Below, in pieces: positions 8,703 through 18,755 of a DNA stretch of 23,639 nt. Source of the stretch: Prasinococcaceae sp. CCMP 1430 (Eukaryota; Plantae; Prasinodermophyta). Within the stretch, counting starts at the first letter, position 1. Each line of letters starts with the position of its first letter. The position numbers and the translations under genes are program-made. The notes under the pieces were generated by a model. That model saw only the letters and a list, made by a program, of their open reading frames with translations. It made no database searches and was not told the origin of the DNA. The stretch is taken from positions 2,787 to 26,425 of the forward strand of contig RQSC01000028.1 in assembly GCA_013416795.1 (NCBI GenBank), given 5' to 3'.

Positions 8703-8996
8703 AGACTCGCGGCGGCCAACTGTTGACACGCGAGAGGCGCGCTCGCCCGCGCTGAGCCCATCACATTCTGGGCTGCTCCTCGCAGTGGCCGCCAGCTGGC
8801 GCGCGGCGCACCGAAGAATCGGCGGCGGCAAATTGCGGCGCGGCGCGGCGCGGCGCGGCCCGCGTGCGGTAGGCCGCGCCTGGCAGGCGCGCGGGGGCGT
8901 GCGTCCGCTCGCGCCAGCGGGGGTGCTGGCGCGGGGCGCGGCGCCGAGCGGGAGGCTGAGAGGACCTCGACTTTTTTCCCCCCCGCGGACGGATCG

Positions 8997-10811
8997 ATGC
9001 ATTCCAGGACGGCGGCGGCGGCGGCAGCACCGTGGGCGCCGCTGCCCGCGGGGCCTTCCGCGGGCTGCTTTCCCGCGCCGCTGCTGTACAAGGGGAAGGA
9101 GCAGGACTGGGAGAGCGCCGCGCGCGACCACGTCACGGTCCCACACCCGCCGCCGTACGCCGCAGAGGGCGCCGCAGCGGCGGAGGCTTCAGGTGCCTCC
9201 CATGCATTCCCTCCCGCTGCCGGCGCCGGCGCCGGCGCCTCCGGCGACGGCACCGAGTGGGCGGCCGAGCGCGAGCTCGTCGAGTGGGGCGCGGACGCGA
9301 GCTCGTCCGCGCGTCGCGCCTACCGCGTGTACACCAACGTGGGGGCGAGCGACAAGTTCGGCGGGCGCAAGTACGACGTCCACGCCAAGGAGGACGGCGG
9401 GGCCACGCTGATCATGTGCTTTCACGACAGGGCGGGCGAGAGGAAGGACAAGCCGTGCGGTCTCGCCCAGCAGGGGTCATTCTACAAGTCGGATGGCTCG
9501 CTCGGCATCTACGGCGACGCCGACAAGGTCGCACTCATCGCAATGGTGGACGGCCACCAGCTGCCCGCGCCCCCGAGCGAGGAAAACGACCGGGGGTGGA
9601 GCGCAGGCGCGTGCGCCGAGAGACTCAGGACCCACAACGAGAGCGCGACAGCGGCACACGACGAGCTCAATCTGGACGAGCACGCCATTGGCGCCAAGCA
9701 ATCGCAGGAGGACGGCACTGGCAGCGCAACGAGTTGCGCTGGGACAGACGGGCGGCCGTGCTCCTGCGAGCCCGACCTCGCCTTCGTGCTGCAAATTATG
9801 GACGAGCTCGCCGACAACTACTGCGTGGACCTGCGCGAGGTGTACGCCATCGGCTTCGGGGAGGGCGGCAGGATGGCGCTGGAGATGGCGGTGGCGCCGC
9901 CCACGCCGAAGTACGGCATGCGGGTCAAGGGCGTGATCCCCATCATGTCTCTGCCCTCGACAGACGCGACCGCCGTGTTCGGCTCGTGGGATTCGATGCA
10001 ATACGTGCCGACGCCGTACCCCCTCGCCGATGTGGCGGGAAACAAAACGGACTGGCCAGGACCACCCCCACAAGTCCACGACGGCACGGCGGACGACAGC
10101 GTCGGCGGCCACTCGCAGGCTGCTCCAGTCCACGTGTTGCACGTCCACGGCCTGGAAGACGACCGCTACCCGCCTCAGCTCTTCGTCGTCGAAGATGCAA
10201 CGCCGCCATCTGCCGTGGGCGCGCAGGCCACCGGAGGAGGAGCGTGGCACGCGCCCGACGGAGGCGGCAACATCACGGGCGCCCACGGCACGGGCGCGCA
10301 GGCGGCGCAGCCTCAGCAGAAGTGGCGCGTCGATGCGACCGCACTCGGGCGGCCGCAGCTGCGATGCGCGAGCACTCCCACCGAGAGCACGACCTACAAT
10401 GAGGGGGAGAACGGGCCAGACGACGGCGACACGACGGTGTGCCTGGCGCACATGCACGCGGCTTGGGGCGCGCCAGCCTTCGGCGATGCCCTGTTGTCCT
10501 CCTCGTGGGAGTCGGCGCTCGGGAGCAACAACGGCACCGCCGCAGTGCACGCTGGCGTGGCAGTCGTGCGCGAAGATTTTGGATGGCGCGCGGACGAGGG
10601 AGATGCAGGCGGCGTCGACGCCGAAGCCAACGTTCCGTACGAGTGCTACTCCGCGCTCGTGCCACACGCCAGCAGCAGCGCCGATGACGGCCTCAACAGG
10701 CGCTACACGCAATGCCTCTTCGAAGGAGGTCACACGAAGCAAGTGTGGTTTGACCAGCTCGTGCTCGACTGGGTGCGCTGCGTGCGCAACGAGAGCAACT
10801 GCCCAGAGTAG
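8997..10811 (+). CDS. Alpha/beta-hydrolase of the PHB-depolymerase/LpqC/feruloyl-esterase type, lacking the nucleophilic Ser
   Basis: DLAFVLQIMDELADNYCVDLREVYAIGFGEGGRMALEMA (family: DDVxFv..l.d.l....ciD..rvyatGfSNGg), VLHVHGLEDDRYP and C-terminal GGHT. Single long ORF with GC3 bias; start codon uncertain. Confidence 0.75.
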   Translation: MHSRTAAAAAAPWAPLPAGPSAGCFPAPLLYKGKEQDWESAARDHVTVPHPPPYAAEGAAAAEASGASHAFPPAAGAGAGASGDGTEWAAERELVEWGADASSSARRAYRVYTNVGASDKFGGRKYDVHAKEDGGATLIMCFHDRAGERKDKPCGLAQQGSFYKSDGSLGIYGDADKVALIAMVDGHQLPAPPSEENDRGWSAGACAERLRTHNESATAAHDELNLDEHAIGAKQSQEDGTGSATSCAGTDGRPCSCEPDLAFVLQIMDELADNYCVDLREVYAIGFGEGGRMALEMAVAPPTPKYGMRVKGVIPIMSLPSTDATAVFGSWDSMQYVPTPYPLADVAGNKTDWPGPPPQVHDGTADDSVGGHSQAAPVHVLHVHGLEDDRYPPQLFVVEDATPPSAVGAQATGGGAWHAPDGGGNITGAHGTGAQAAQPQQKWRVDATALGRPQLRCASTPTESTTYNEGENGPDDGDTTVCLAHMHAAWGAPAFGDALLSSSWESALGSNNGTAAVHAGVAVVREDFGWRADEGDAGGVDAEANVPYECYSALVPHASSSADDGLNRRYTQCLFEGGHTKQVWFDQLVLDWVRCVRNESNCPE

Positions 10812-11217
10812 GTGGGCCATCGGCGGCATTGCTCCTCGTCCCTCCTCATGCTTCCTTCATTCACCAATGCATCTTGGCCGGCGTACCGGCCGGCCGACTC
10901 GGCCGTCACACTCATCCACGCACGCACACTTCACCACACGCGCAGGTGCTCGTGGGACCACGTACACACGACATCTTCAAGGTGCATGCATGCTCTTCCA
11001 GCGACGGGCCGCTCATGCACAGGACTGAGAGCAGAGAGAATCTCTCTGGCAGTCCCGCCGCAGGCGGTCGCCAACGATTACGAGTAGGATTGCCCCCTGC
11101 GCGCGCGTGTCGGGCGACCACCGCCGGCATCTACGCGCAGCGAGTAAGGGGGCACGCTTATGGTACACATAGGTCACAGGTATGCGAGGACCGCGCACGC
11201 GCGCGCGCGCCGCGAGC

Positions 11218-11845
11218 TCACGGGTGGTAGCTACGCGCCCGGAACGCGCTCGCGCCGACGCTGTCCGCGAGCGCCCTGCACGCCGCCAGGTCGACCTCCG
11301 GGCGCTCAACGGCCGTCACCTCGAGCGCCACGCCCTCTGCCACCAGCGCGCGGGCGAATGCCACCCACTCCGCGAGCGTGGTGGGCTGCGCCGCAACGAC
11401 GCGCCCCGCTTTCCCGCCTTCCACGCGCCCTGCCGCTATCGACAGCGCAGCGAAGCCCTCTGCGCCGGCGCAACGGGCGCAGGCGGGCCGAGTCAGCGCG
11501 CGGCAGGGAGAATTTTTGGCGTTGGCGTGCGAAGCCAGGCGATCACGCACCTTCGTCCGCGGCGTGCAGGAGCACGGAGACCTCGTCGACTGCCGCGGCC
11601 ACTCGAGCGGCGCACGATGGCGGCAGCAGCCCCGACGTGTTGGCGCGCACGCGCACGTGCGGGCGCGCCGCGCGCACCGCACGCGAGACCGCCTCCACGC
11701 AGTCCAGCCGCAGCAGCGGGTCGCCGTGGCCGGCGAACACGAGGCTCGCTCGCGCGTCCTCCGCGCCCCGTCGATCGCGCTCGGCTGCCTCGGCGCGCGC
11801 GAGCAGCTCTGCCACCTCCTCCGCCACGCGCACCGCGTCCGGCTC
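11218..11845 (-). CDS. TatD-associated radical-SAM-like protein, N-terminus missing; exons ~11845..11551 and 11459..11218
   Basis: EPDAVRVAEEV...LVFAGHGDPLLRLD...VRANTSG...VDEVSVLLHAADE|EGF...VTAVERPEVDLAACRALADSVGASAFRARSYHP*. Phase-1 GTGCGT..CGCAG intron at 11460-11550. In-frame TGA at 11849-11851; no CxxxCxxC exon found. Confidence 0.7.
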
Positions 11846-12084
11846 GCATCAGCGGCGCGCCGCCGCCACCGCCGCAGGCCGCATGCACCCCGCCCTCACC
11901 CCGGCCGCACGCACGCCCAGCGCCGCGCCGCGCACCCTCGCACCCCTCTGGCCCCCTTCCTCTCTGCTCCTCCCCCTCGTCACCCCCCTCTCCCCATCCT
12001 TACCCCCCCCACCCTCCGTCCACACCTCGGCCGCGTCGTTGGCGCCGGGGGCTGCAACCCACACACGCGCCGCTTCGCGGCATT

Positions 12085-12284
12085 GCATTTCACCATCAGA
12101 TCATCACGTTCGGGTTCAGTTTCAGGCTTGCGAGTGAAGGACGAAAACCACCGCCTCACGAATATGGCGCACTTTCAAACATTCCCTGTCGGTGGGTTTC
12201 ACACTCAGCCTCATCACTGTCCAGTTCATTTTCAAGGTTCTCACTTTCAGGCTTCCCTTTCAGGTTTCGACAAAAACGTGCCGC
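12085..12284. other. AT-richer island with strand-biased TTTCA repeats
   Basis: TTTCA at 12088, 12120, 12173, 12197, 12230, 12245 and 12258; TTTCAGG three times. Composition differs sharply from both flanks. Confidence 0.7.
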
Positions 12285-12700
12285 GATGCCGCGCTGGCAC
12301 TCGACCCGTGCTACTCGCGTGCATTGCAGCGCCGCGTGGACGTGTGGACCGCCATGGGCGACTACCAGCAGGCCGTGCGCGACTTGCAGGCGCTCATCGG
12401 GCCGCCGCATCGCCTAGGCGCCGAGGCGACCACCAAGCTCGCCGATGCTCAGCGCCGCGCGCGAACGTCCAAGGGTGCCGATCCCTACGTGGTGCTCAAT
12501 GTGGAAACCACCGCCAAGGACAGCGAGGTGAAGAGCGCCTATCGCAAGCTCGCGCTGCGGTTCCACCCCGACAAGTGTCGCGACGAGGCGCTGCGGCCGC
12601 AGGCGGAGGTGCTCTTCAAGTTGGTCAGCGGCGCGTACAACACGCTCTCGGACCCAGCCTCGCGCCGCAAGCACGACCAGCAGGCCTTCGCCAACATGGC
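12285..12700 (+). CDS. C-terminal fragment of a TPR + J-domain co-chaperone (DNAJC7/TPR2-like architecture)
   Basis: TPR tail DAALALDPCYSRALQRRVDVWTAMGDYQQAVRDL, then J domain DPYVVLNV...VKSAYRKLALRFHPDK...FKLVSGAYNTLSDPASRRKHD. Truncated at the N at 12701; N-terminal TPRs absent. Confidence 0.85.
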
Positions 12701-12789
12701 NCGCCCGCGCGGCGCCGAGCGCGCGCCTGACGCCCGCGCGCGCGAAAACGCGCTCGCCTCTCGCGGGCCCGCCCCCATCCCCCTCCCAG

Positions 12790-14276
12790 GTCGACATCCA
12801 CTGCGACTGCCCCTTCTGGGAGAACGAGGGCATCTGCGCCGTCAAGGACTGCTCGGTGTGCGAGTGCCCCGAGGAGGAGGTGCCCAGCCCCTGGCGACGG
12901 GCGCACCGCGAGCCCGCCGAGGGCGAGGAGCAGCCGCCGAGCTGCCTCGACGCGGGGACCGTGGAAGCGTACGGAGCGGACGGCGGCGGTGGAGGTGGCG
13001 CCTACGGTGGCGTGACGCTCGGCGACCTCGCGGACGCGGATGCATCCGTCGAGCCGGGGTTCCTGGCCTGGGCGGAGGACGCCAGCAATCCCTGGACCGC
13101 AGAGTACGACTCGGGAGCGGGGCGCGGCGGCGGCGGCGACGGCGCCCCGGGGAATGCGCAGTACATCAACCTGCTGCTCAACCCGGAGCGCTTCACGGGC
13201 TACGCGGGGCCGTCCGCGGCCAAGGTGTGGGGCGCCATCTACGACGAGAACTGCTTCTTGGAGGGCGGCAGCGGGGTGCCCGAGGAGATGGCGGGCGCCG
13301 ACGAGTGCGTCGAGAGGCGCGTCTTCTACCGCCTGATTAGCGGCCTGCACGCGTCCATCTCCACGCACATCGCCGGCGAGTACCCGATGACGTACGACGG
13401 CCCGGATGTGGTGGAGTGGGGCCCCAACGCGGATGACTTCTTCACGAGGGTGCGTCGACGTGGCTGCGCGGCGGCGGCGGCGATGGCCTGCTCCGCGAGG
13501 CGCGCGCCTCCGCTCGAGCGCGCGCAAACACGCTCGATCTGACGCGCGAGACCTTGCGCCGCCATCGCTCCTGTTCGCTCGCGCCGCCTCCCTGGGCGCC
13601 GCGCCGCCATTCCCAGGTGGGCTATCACCCGAAACGCGTGGAGAACCTGTACTTCGCCTTCCTGTTCGTGTTGCGCGCCGCCACCAAGGCCGCGCCTCTG
13701 CTTGAACGGGCGAGCTTCGACACGGGCAACGCCATCGACGACACGCGCACGACCGAGCTCGTCCGCGCGCTCGTGCGCTCGCCCGAGCTGGCGGCCGCTT
13801 GCCCGCTGCCCTTCGACGAAGCCACCCTCTGGCGCGACGATGCGGGCGGTGCGCTGCGCGAGCAGCTGCGAGCGCGCTTCGCCAACATCAGCGCGGTGAT
13901 GGACTGCGTAGGCTGCGAGAAGTGCAAGGTGTGGGGCAAGCTGCAGGTGCTGGGCCTGGGGACCGCGCTCAAAATCCTCTTCGCAAATGACGATCTGGGC
14001 GCCAGTGAGCTCACGCTGCAGCGCAACGAGGTCATCGCGCTCTTCAACACGCTGGAGCGCTTCTCCAAGAGCATCATGACGTTGCAGCACTTTCTCGTTG
14101 AGCGCTACGGGGCGGACGAGGGCGCGCCCTCCGACGAGGGCGAGGAGGGGAGCAGGGAGGCGCGGGGGATGGGCATGGAGCATGGCCATCTCGCAGGGCA
14201 CCTATCACCGTCCAAGTCGCCGACGCGCGCACGAGCTCCGCCGCCTGCGTTCATGGCGCACGGCGACGAACTCTGA
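12790..14276 (+). CDS. ERO1: ER oxidoreductin-1; exons 12790..13449 and 13617..14276; first exon missing
   Basis: VDIHCDCPFWENEGICAVKDCSVCEC (CxxxxC shuttle site), YINLLLNPERFTGY, RLISGLHASIS, RVENLYF and MDCVGCEKCKVWGKLQ (CxxCxxC inner site). CCCAG acceptor at 12789; phase-0 GTGCGT..CCCAG intron at 13450-13616. Confidence 0.95.
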
Positions 14277-14334
14277 CGCGCGCGGCCACTGCACCGCGCC
14301 CGCTCTATCCTCGGCCAAACGAGCCTACTGTACA

Positions 14335-14339
14335 TGTAA
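14335..14339 (+). promoter_or_regulatory. Possible TGTAA polyadenylation signal of ERO1
   Basis: TGTAA about 60 nt after the ERO1 stop; UGUAA is the known near-upstream element in several green algae. A single 5-mer is weak evidence. Confidence 0.35.
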
Positions 14340-14393
14340 TGAAATGACGCTGGTCGTGTGCGAAGCCGATGTATTAGTGTACTGTGCCAACGC

Positions 14394-16840
14394 CTACTTT
14401 CCTCCGAACACGTGCGGCGCGAAGTACCGCCCGCTCGCGGCCGGCTTGGCCGCGTCGTCGGGCATCCCGCCGTCGGCCTTCGCGGCAGCGGGAGCGTCGC
14501 GGGTGCTGCCCGTCGGCAGCTCGAGCCCGTCAAACATATTGGTGAAGCCTGGCATTGAGGCTCCCTCGCCCATTGCCGATATGAACACATTTGCGGGCGG
14601 CAGCGAGTGCTCGGCGAGCGCGGCCGCTGCGTCCAGCGGCGCGCCGAGACGCGACAGCGGCTGCGGCGACAGCAAGGGCGGTCCGCGCGCGCCTGCGCCT
14701 CCCGCTCCCGCTGGGTGCTTGGGCGACATCGGCAAGGCACCACCGCCGGGGCACTTGTTGTCCAACGGCGAGAGCACCCCTCGCATCGGAAAGCCCAGCG
14801 GCGAATCCATCGACGCCGGCAGCGGGAGACCGGCAGCCCTCGGTGGCGAATGCGGGACTGCCGCGGCAGGCGGATGTGTCTGCGCATCCAGGTGGGGCGC
14901 CACCCCAGCAGGACTGCCCGTGGCAGTCGACGACCCGCCGACGCTACCTCCGGCGCCCGTGGCGGCGCTCACTATGAAACTTGCGGCTGTCTGGCCTGCG
15001 GCCGAGCCTGCCGGTGGCCACGCACCGCTTGCGCTGGCACGCCCCGCGCGATCGCCGACGTCGGCGTTCCCTGTGACCGCCGCAATCGCGTTCGTTAGGC
15101 TGGGGAAGCCATGCATCGTCACGTCAAGTGGGGATTGAAGGTGCTGGTGCTGCTGTGCTTGTGCGGGCGCGCCCACAGCCGCGGCCCCCGCCTCGTTCGC
15201 ATCCACCGGCGGCAGAGAGTCGTCGGCGCGAAGCAGGCTCAGCCAGCCCGCGGTCGTGTTGCCGGTCTCGCTCGGCACAATCGCGTTCAGCGGCCTCAAG
15301 CCAGCAGCGAGAGGGGCCACAGGCAGCGACGCAGGCGCGGCCGTTGTCCCACCCTGGCACTGGACGGTCGGTGCTAGCTGCGCTTGCGCTTGTGGTTTCG
15401 TCTGCTTCGCCCGCTGGCGCTTGCGAGCAGGCGCGCCGCCCTGCTTGTCCGGCGCAGCGCGCTTCGTGGCCGCCTTGGATTTGGCACCTGCTGGAGCCTT
15501 CTGCGAGGGCGCCTGAGCCTTCGTCGCGTTTTTGCCACCAGCGCCTGGCTTGGTCTTCCCGCCGGCGCACGCCTTGGCCTTTGGGTTCGCCTTGGGCGTC
15601 GCCTTCGCGATCGCGCCTCCAGTTGGCCTGGGCTGCCCCTTGGAGGACTGCCTGGGCCGCGGCGCTTGGCTGGGCTTCCCCTCGTGCGGCTCTCGCAACG
15701 GCGAACCTTGCTGCTCTTTGTCACGGAGCGGGGCCCCGCAGCTTCCGGCCGTCTGCTCTGCCAGCGGCAATCCTCCGAGGATCGCTCGCTCGTCCTCGTC
15801 GCCAGCGCGGCCGATGGTGTACTTGAGTCGAAAGGGGGACGGGCAGCCAAGCTCCTCGAAGTAGGTCCCGACGGCGTACACGCCATTCTCCTCGAGCGAC
15901 ACCATCTCGCCGTCGATCGAAAAAAAGCGCACGATGATTTCACCTCCGGCAGTGGTATCCTCGGAGGCGAGTTTCGATGGTTCTGCGGCAGTCTGCACGG
16001 TCATGTCGCGCCCACCCTCAGAAGAGGGAGCGGCGACGGTCGCGGCCCCACCACCAGTTGCGGCGCCGCTCCCAGCGCCCTCGCTTGTCCCCGCGCGCGC
16101 CCGCGCGTTCGCGCCGCCGCTCGCACATGCCTGCGCGTCGCTGGTCGTGACCACTTTCTTGGCCAGATGCCGTCGGATCGACTCGAAGCGCTTGGAGCGC
16201 GGCACGACGAGCTCGCGCACGGGCGCAACACCCGCAGCCTTGACGGCGGCGTGCACGCCCGCGTGGAGCGGGTAGAGCTCGAGCACGATCTTGCCACCGG
16301 GCACGCGCGCCTGCTGCTTGGCCTGTGCCACCGCCGCCGCCTCTCGCGAGGCAGCGCTCGCGGTGCCGCCCATCACAGCGGCCGCAGCCTTCGCCGCCGC
16401 CGCCTGATCACCCCTCTGCAGCGTGGCCGTGGCCATCGCCATGTGCACCGATTGCAGATCCGAGCTCTCCACCGTCACCCCCAGTGGCGCCAGGAGGTCC
16501 TTGGCCTTCCGCATGGCCCGATAGTACAGATTTCGCACCTGCTCAACCGTCTTGGCGACCCTCCCCTGGGCGCGCGCGGCCTCCGCGAGCTTGGCTTGCA
16601 GCCCGGCAAAGTCCTTGCCGACGCTCACCAGCGACTCGAAGAAGATGCGCTCCTCGTCGGGTTCCCACTTGACCCATGGCATGCGCCCGCCTAGGTGGCC
16701 CACTGCCGTGGACGGGGCCGCCACGGTGCGGCTGTGCGAGCGCTGCGCGCCGCTGCTCGCCGCCTTTTGCCTGACCTCGCTCTGGCCGGCCGCCGCTGCG
16801 GCCGGCTGCGACGGCGAGGTGGCCGCCGGCACTGCGCCCG
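14394..16840 (-). CDS. TKI1: TSL-kinase-interacting protein 1 / CRAMP1-like SANT protein; 5' end probably lost at the N at 16841 (first in-frame ATG at 16682)
   Basis: SANT-like WVKWEPDEERIFFESLVSVGKDF...KTVEQVRNLYYRAMRKAKDLL, plus the plant TKI1-type block KIVLELYPLH...VRELVVPRSKRFESIRRHLAKK; long disordered C-terminus. Confidence 0.72.
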
Positions 16841-16841
16841 N

Positions 16842-17507
16842 GCCGCTCGCGCCCGCCGTCGCACGGAGTGCGTCCTTGGTTCCGCGCCACTCGCTGCGCT
16901 CTTGGCGCTTGCGCACAGCCTCGCGCACGTAGTCCCTGGGAGCGAAGGTGCCTACGTCCGCCACCGGCCGGTGCGTGTATATCTTGAAGTAGATCATTGG
17001 CGGAAACCTCCCGCCGCCGAGCCGGAAGCGCACGTGCACTCCTGCGGCCGCGTCCATCATCTGTGCCTCCTGAGGGAAGGTTGCCTTGAGCAGCTGACGC
17101 GGATCGCCCCGGCGCTCCACTGCGGCGATCATGGAGCGGTAGTACTTGTACACGCGCCGGCTGGAGTGCGAGCGCCACGCTTTTTGTATCGTCTTCGCCG
17201 CCTCGCTGGGCGTGACGCGTCGCCGCACGCGGTCGGCGTAGTCGCGCCACGCGCGCTGGCAGCGAATGATGCAGCGGCGCGTGTAGAGGTACCTCAGGCG
17301 GCACTTGCGCCCGCGAAACCACGCCTGGACGCGCGTGGCTGTCCAGTTGTAGAGCAGCGACGTCGCGACGTCGGGTACCGTCCCATCCGCCATCGCAGAC
17401 CTCCGCCGCGCGCTGTGCTGGGCGAACTCGGCGTCGGCCGCTGCACGCGCGAACGCCGCTGCGGCCGTATCAACCGCGTCCCTGCCGACCATTCCCGCGC
17501 TCAGCAT
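16842..17507 (-). CDS. IQ-motif protein with C11orf65/MFI-like domain; 3' end lost at the N at 16841
   Basis: Three IQ-like motifs (ATRVQAWFRG, IIRCQRAWR, AAKTIQKAWR), then GDPRQLL...PQEAQMMDAAAGVHVRFRLGGGRFPPMIYFKIYTHRPV, which closely resembles human C11orf65 (DAAAGIHVRFRLGGVKFPPDIYYKIFTHRP). Confidence 0.8.
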
Positions 17508-17689
17508 GACTTTCACGCGGCGGCGATTGGCACGCCGCGCGTGGGCGCGCGCGCGCTCTGCCTCCTTTCCCCCCCCCCGCTCCCCCTCCCGCCGCTTTTC
17601 GGCGCCGCCCTCTGCGCTTTTCGCGGCCCAATTCGCGCGGCCGACCGCGGCGGGAAACGCAATGTGCGGGTGGGTGTTTGGGGGGCACG

Positions 17690-17709
17690 TTAGGGTTTTA
17701 TTTAGGGTT
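17690..17709 (-). promoter_or_regulatory. Two telo-box-like motifs (AAACCCTAA and AACCCTAAA) upstream of the IQ/C11orf65-like gene
   Basis: Plus strand ttagggttttatttagggtt, about 180-200 nt upstream of the ATG at 17507, in an AT-richer intergenic patch. Confidence 0.5.
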
Positions 17710-18026
17710 AACGTACAGTAGCGAGACTGCTGTACCATCGCTCCGTCCATGAAAAAACCCAACCACGTCGAAATGCACGGGAGAAGTTGGCCGTTTTCGG
17801 TCGTAGACCCTTTTTAAAAAGTTCGTTCGATTTGATGGGGGAGACTTCGGGCGTACGCACCGCTGCGCGCCCGCGGATTCATCAAAACGAACGAGTTGTG
17901 TGTGTGTGTGTTTTTTTAACGGAAGAGAGGGTTCGTACTGGCCCTTTCTTCTTAGGAGATTGGGTTGCCCGCGGCGCAGCGGCGGCGCGGCGGGAGCGGC
18001 CGCCGCCACAGCGCGCGCGCCCCTCG

Positions 18027-18755
18027 NNNNNNNNNNNNNNNNNNNNNNNNNNNNNNNNNNNNNNNNNNNNNNNNNNNNNNNNNNNNNNNNNNNNNNNNNN
18101 NNNNNNNNNNNNNNNNNNNNNNNNNNNNNNNNNNNNNNNNNNNNNNNNNNNNNNNNNNNNNNNNNNNNNNNNNNNNNNNNNNNNNNNNNNNNNNNNNNNN
18201 NNNNNNNNNNNNNNNNNNNNNNNNNNNNNNNNNNNNNNNNNNNNNNNNNNNNNNNNNNNNNNNNNNNNNNNNNNNNNNNNNNNNNNNNNNNNNNNNNNNN
18301 NNNNNNNNNNNNNNNNNNNNNNNNNNNNNNNNNNNNNNNNNNNNNNNNNNNNNNNNNNNNNNNNNNNNNNNNNNNNNNNNNNNNNNNNNNNNNNNNNNNN
18401 NNNNNNNNNNNNNNNNNNNNNNNNNNNNNNNNNNNNNNNNNNNNNNNNNNNNNNNNNNNNNNNNNNNNNNNNNNNNNNNNNNNNNNNNNNNNNNNNNNNN
18501 NNNNNNNNNNNNNNNNNNNNNNNNNNNNNNNNNNNNNNNNNNNNNNNNNNNNNNNNNNNNNNNNNNNNNNNNNNNNNNNNNNNNNNNNNNNNNNNNNNNN
18601 NNNNNNNNNNNNNNNNNNNNNNNNNNNNNNNNNNNNNNNNNNNNNNNNNNNNNNNNNNNNNNNNNNNNNNNNNNNNNNNNNNNNNNNNNNNNNNNNNNNN
18701 NNNNNNNNNNNNNNNNNNNNNNNNNNNNNNNNNNNNNNNNNNNNNNNNNNNNNNN
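18027..18755. other. Assembly gap (N run)
   Basis: N characters. Confidence 1.

Noticed and set aside
8301-12284. CRISPR array or intact transposon in the AT-richer islands
   Set aside because: No regularly spaced repeat-spacer units, no TIR/TSD/LTR pair I could identify, and no transposase or reverse-transcriptase motifs.
12192-13340. Apparent J-domain/ERO1 fusion or ER chaperone-oxidase chimera
   Set aside because: Separated by the N at 12701 and the 3' half of an intron; ERO1 is in a different frame and lacks its own first exon.
4645-17709. Telomere or healed chromosome break at the TTAGGG-like motifs
   Set aside because: Only two units at each site, in intergenic positions; too short for a telomeric array.
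14394-17762. 1122-aa ORF suggesting an IQ/C11orf65-TKI1 fusion protein
   Set aside because: The frame is continuous only across a single N at 16841, exactly where both homologies are truncated; this is a contig join.
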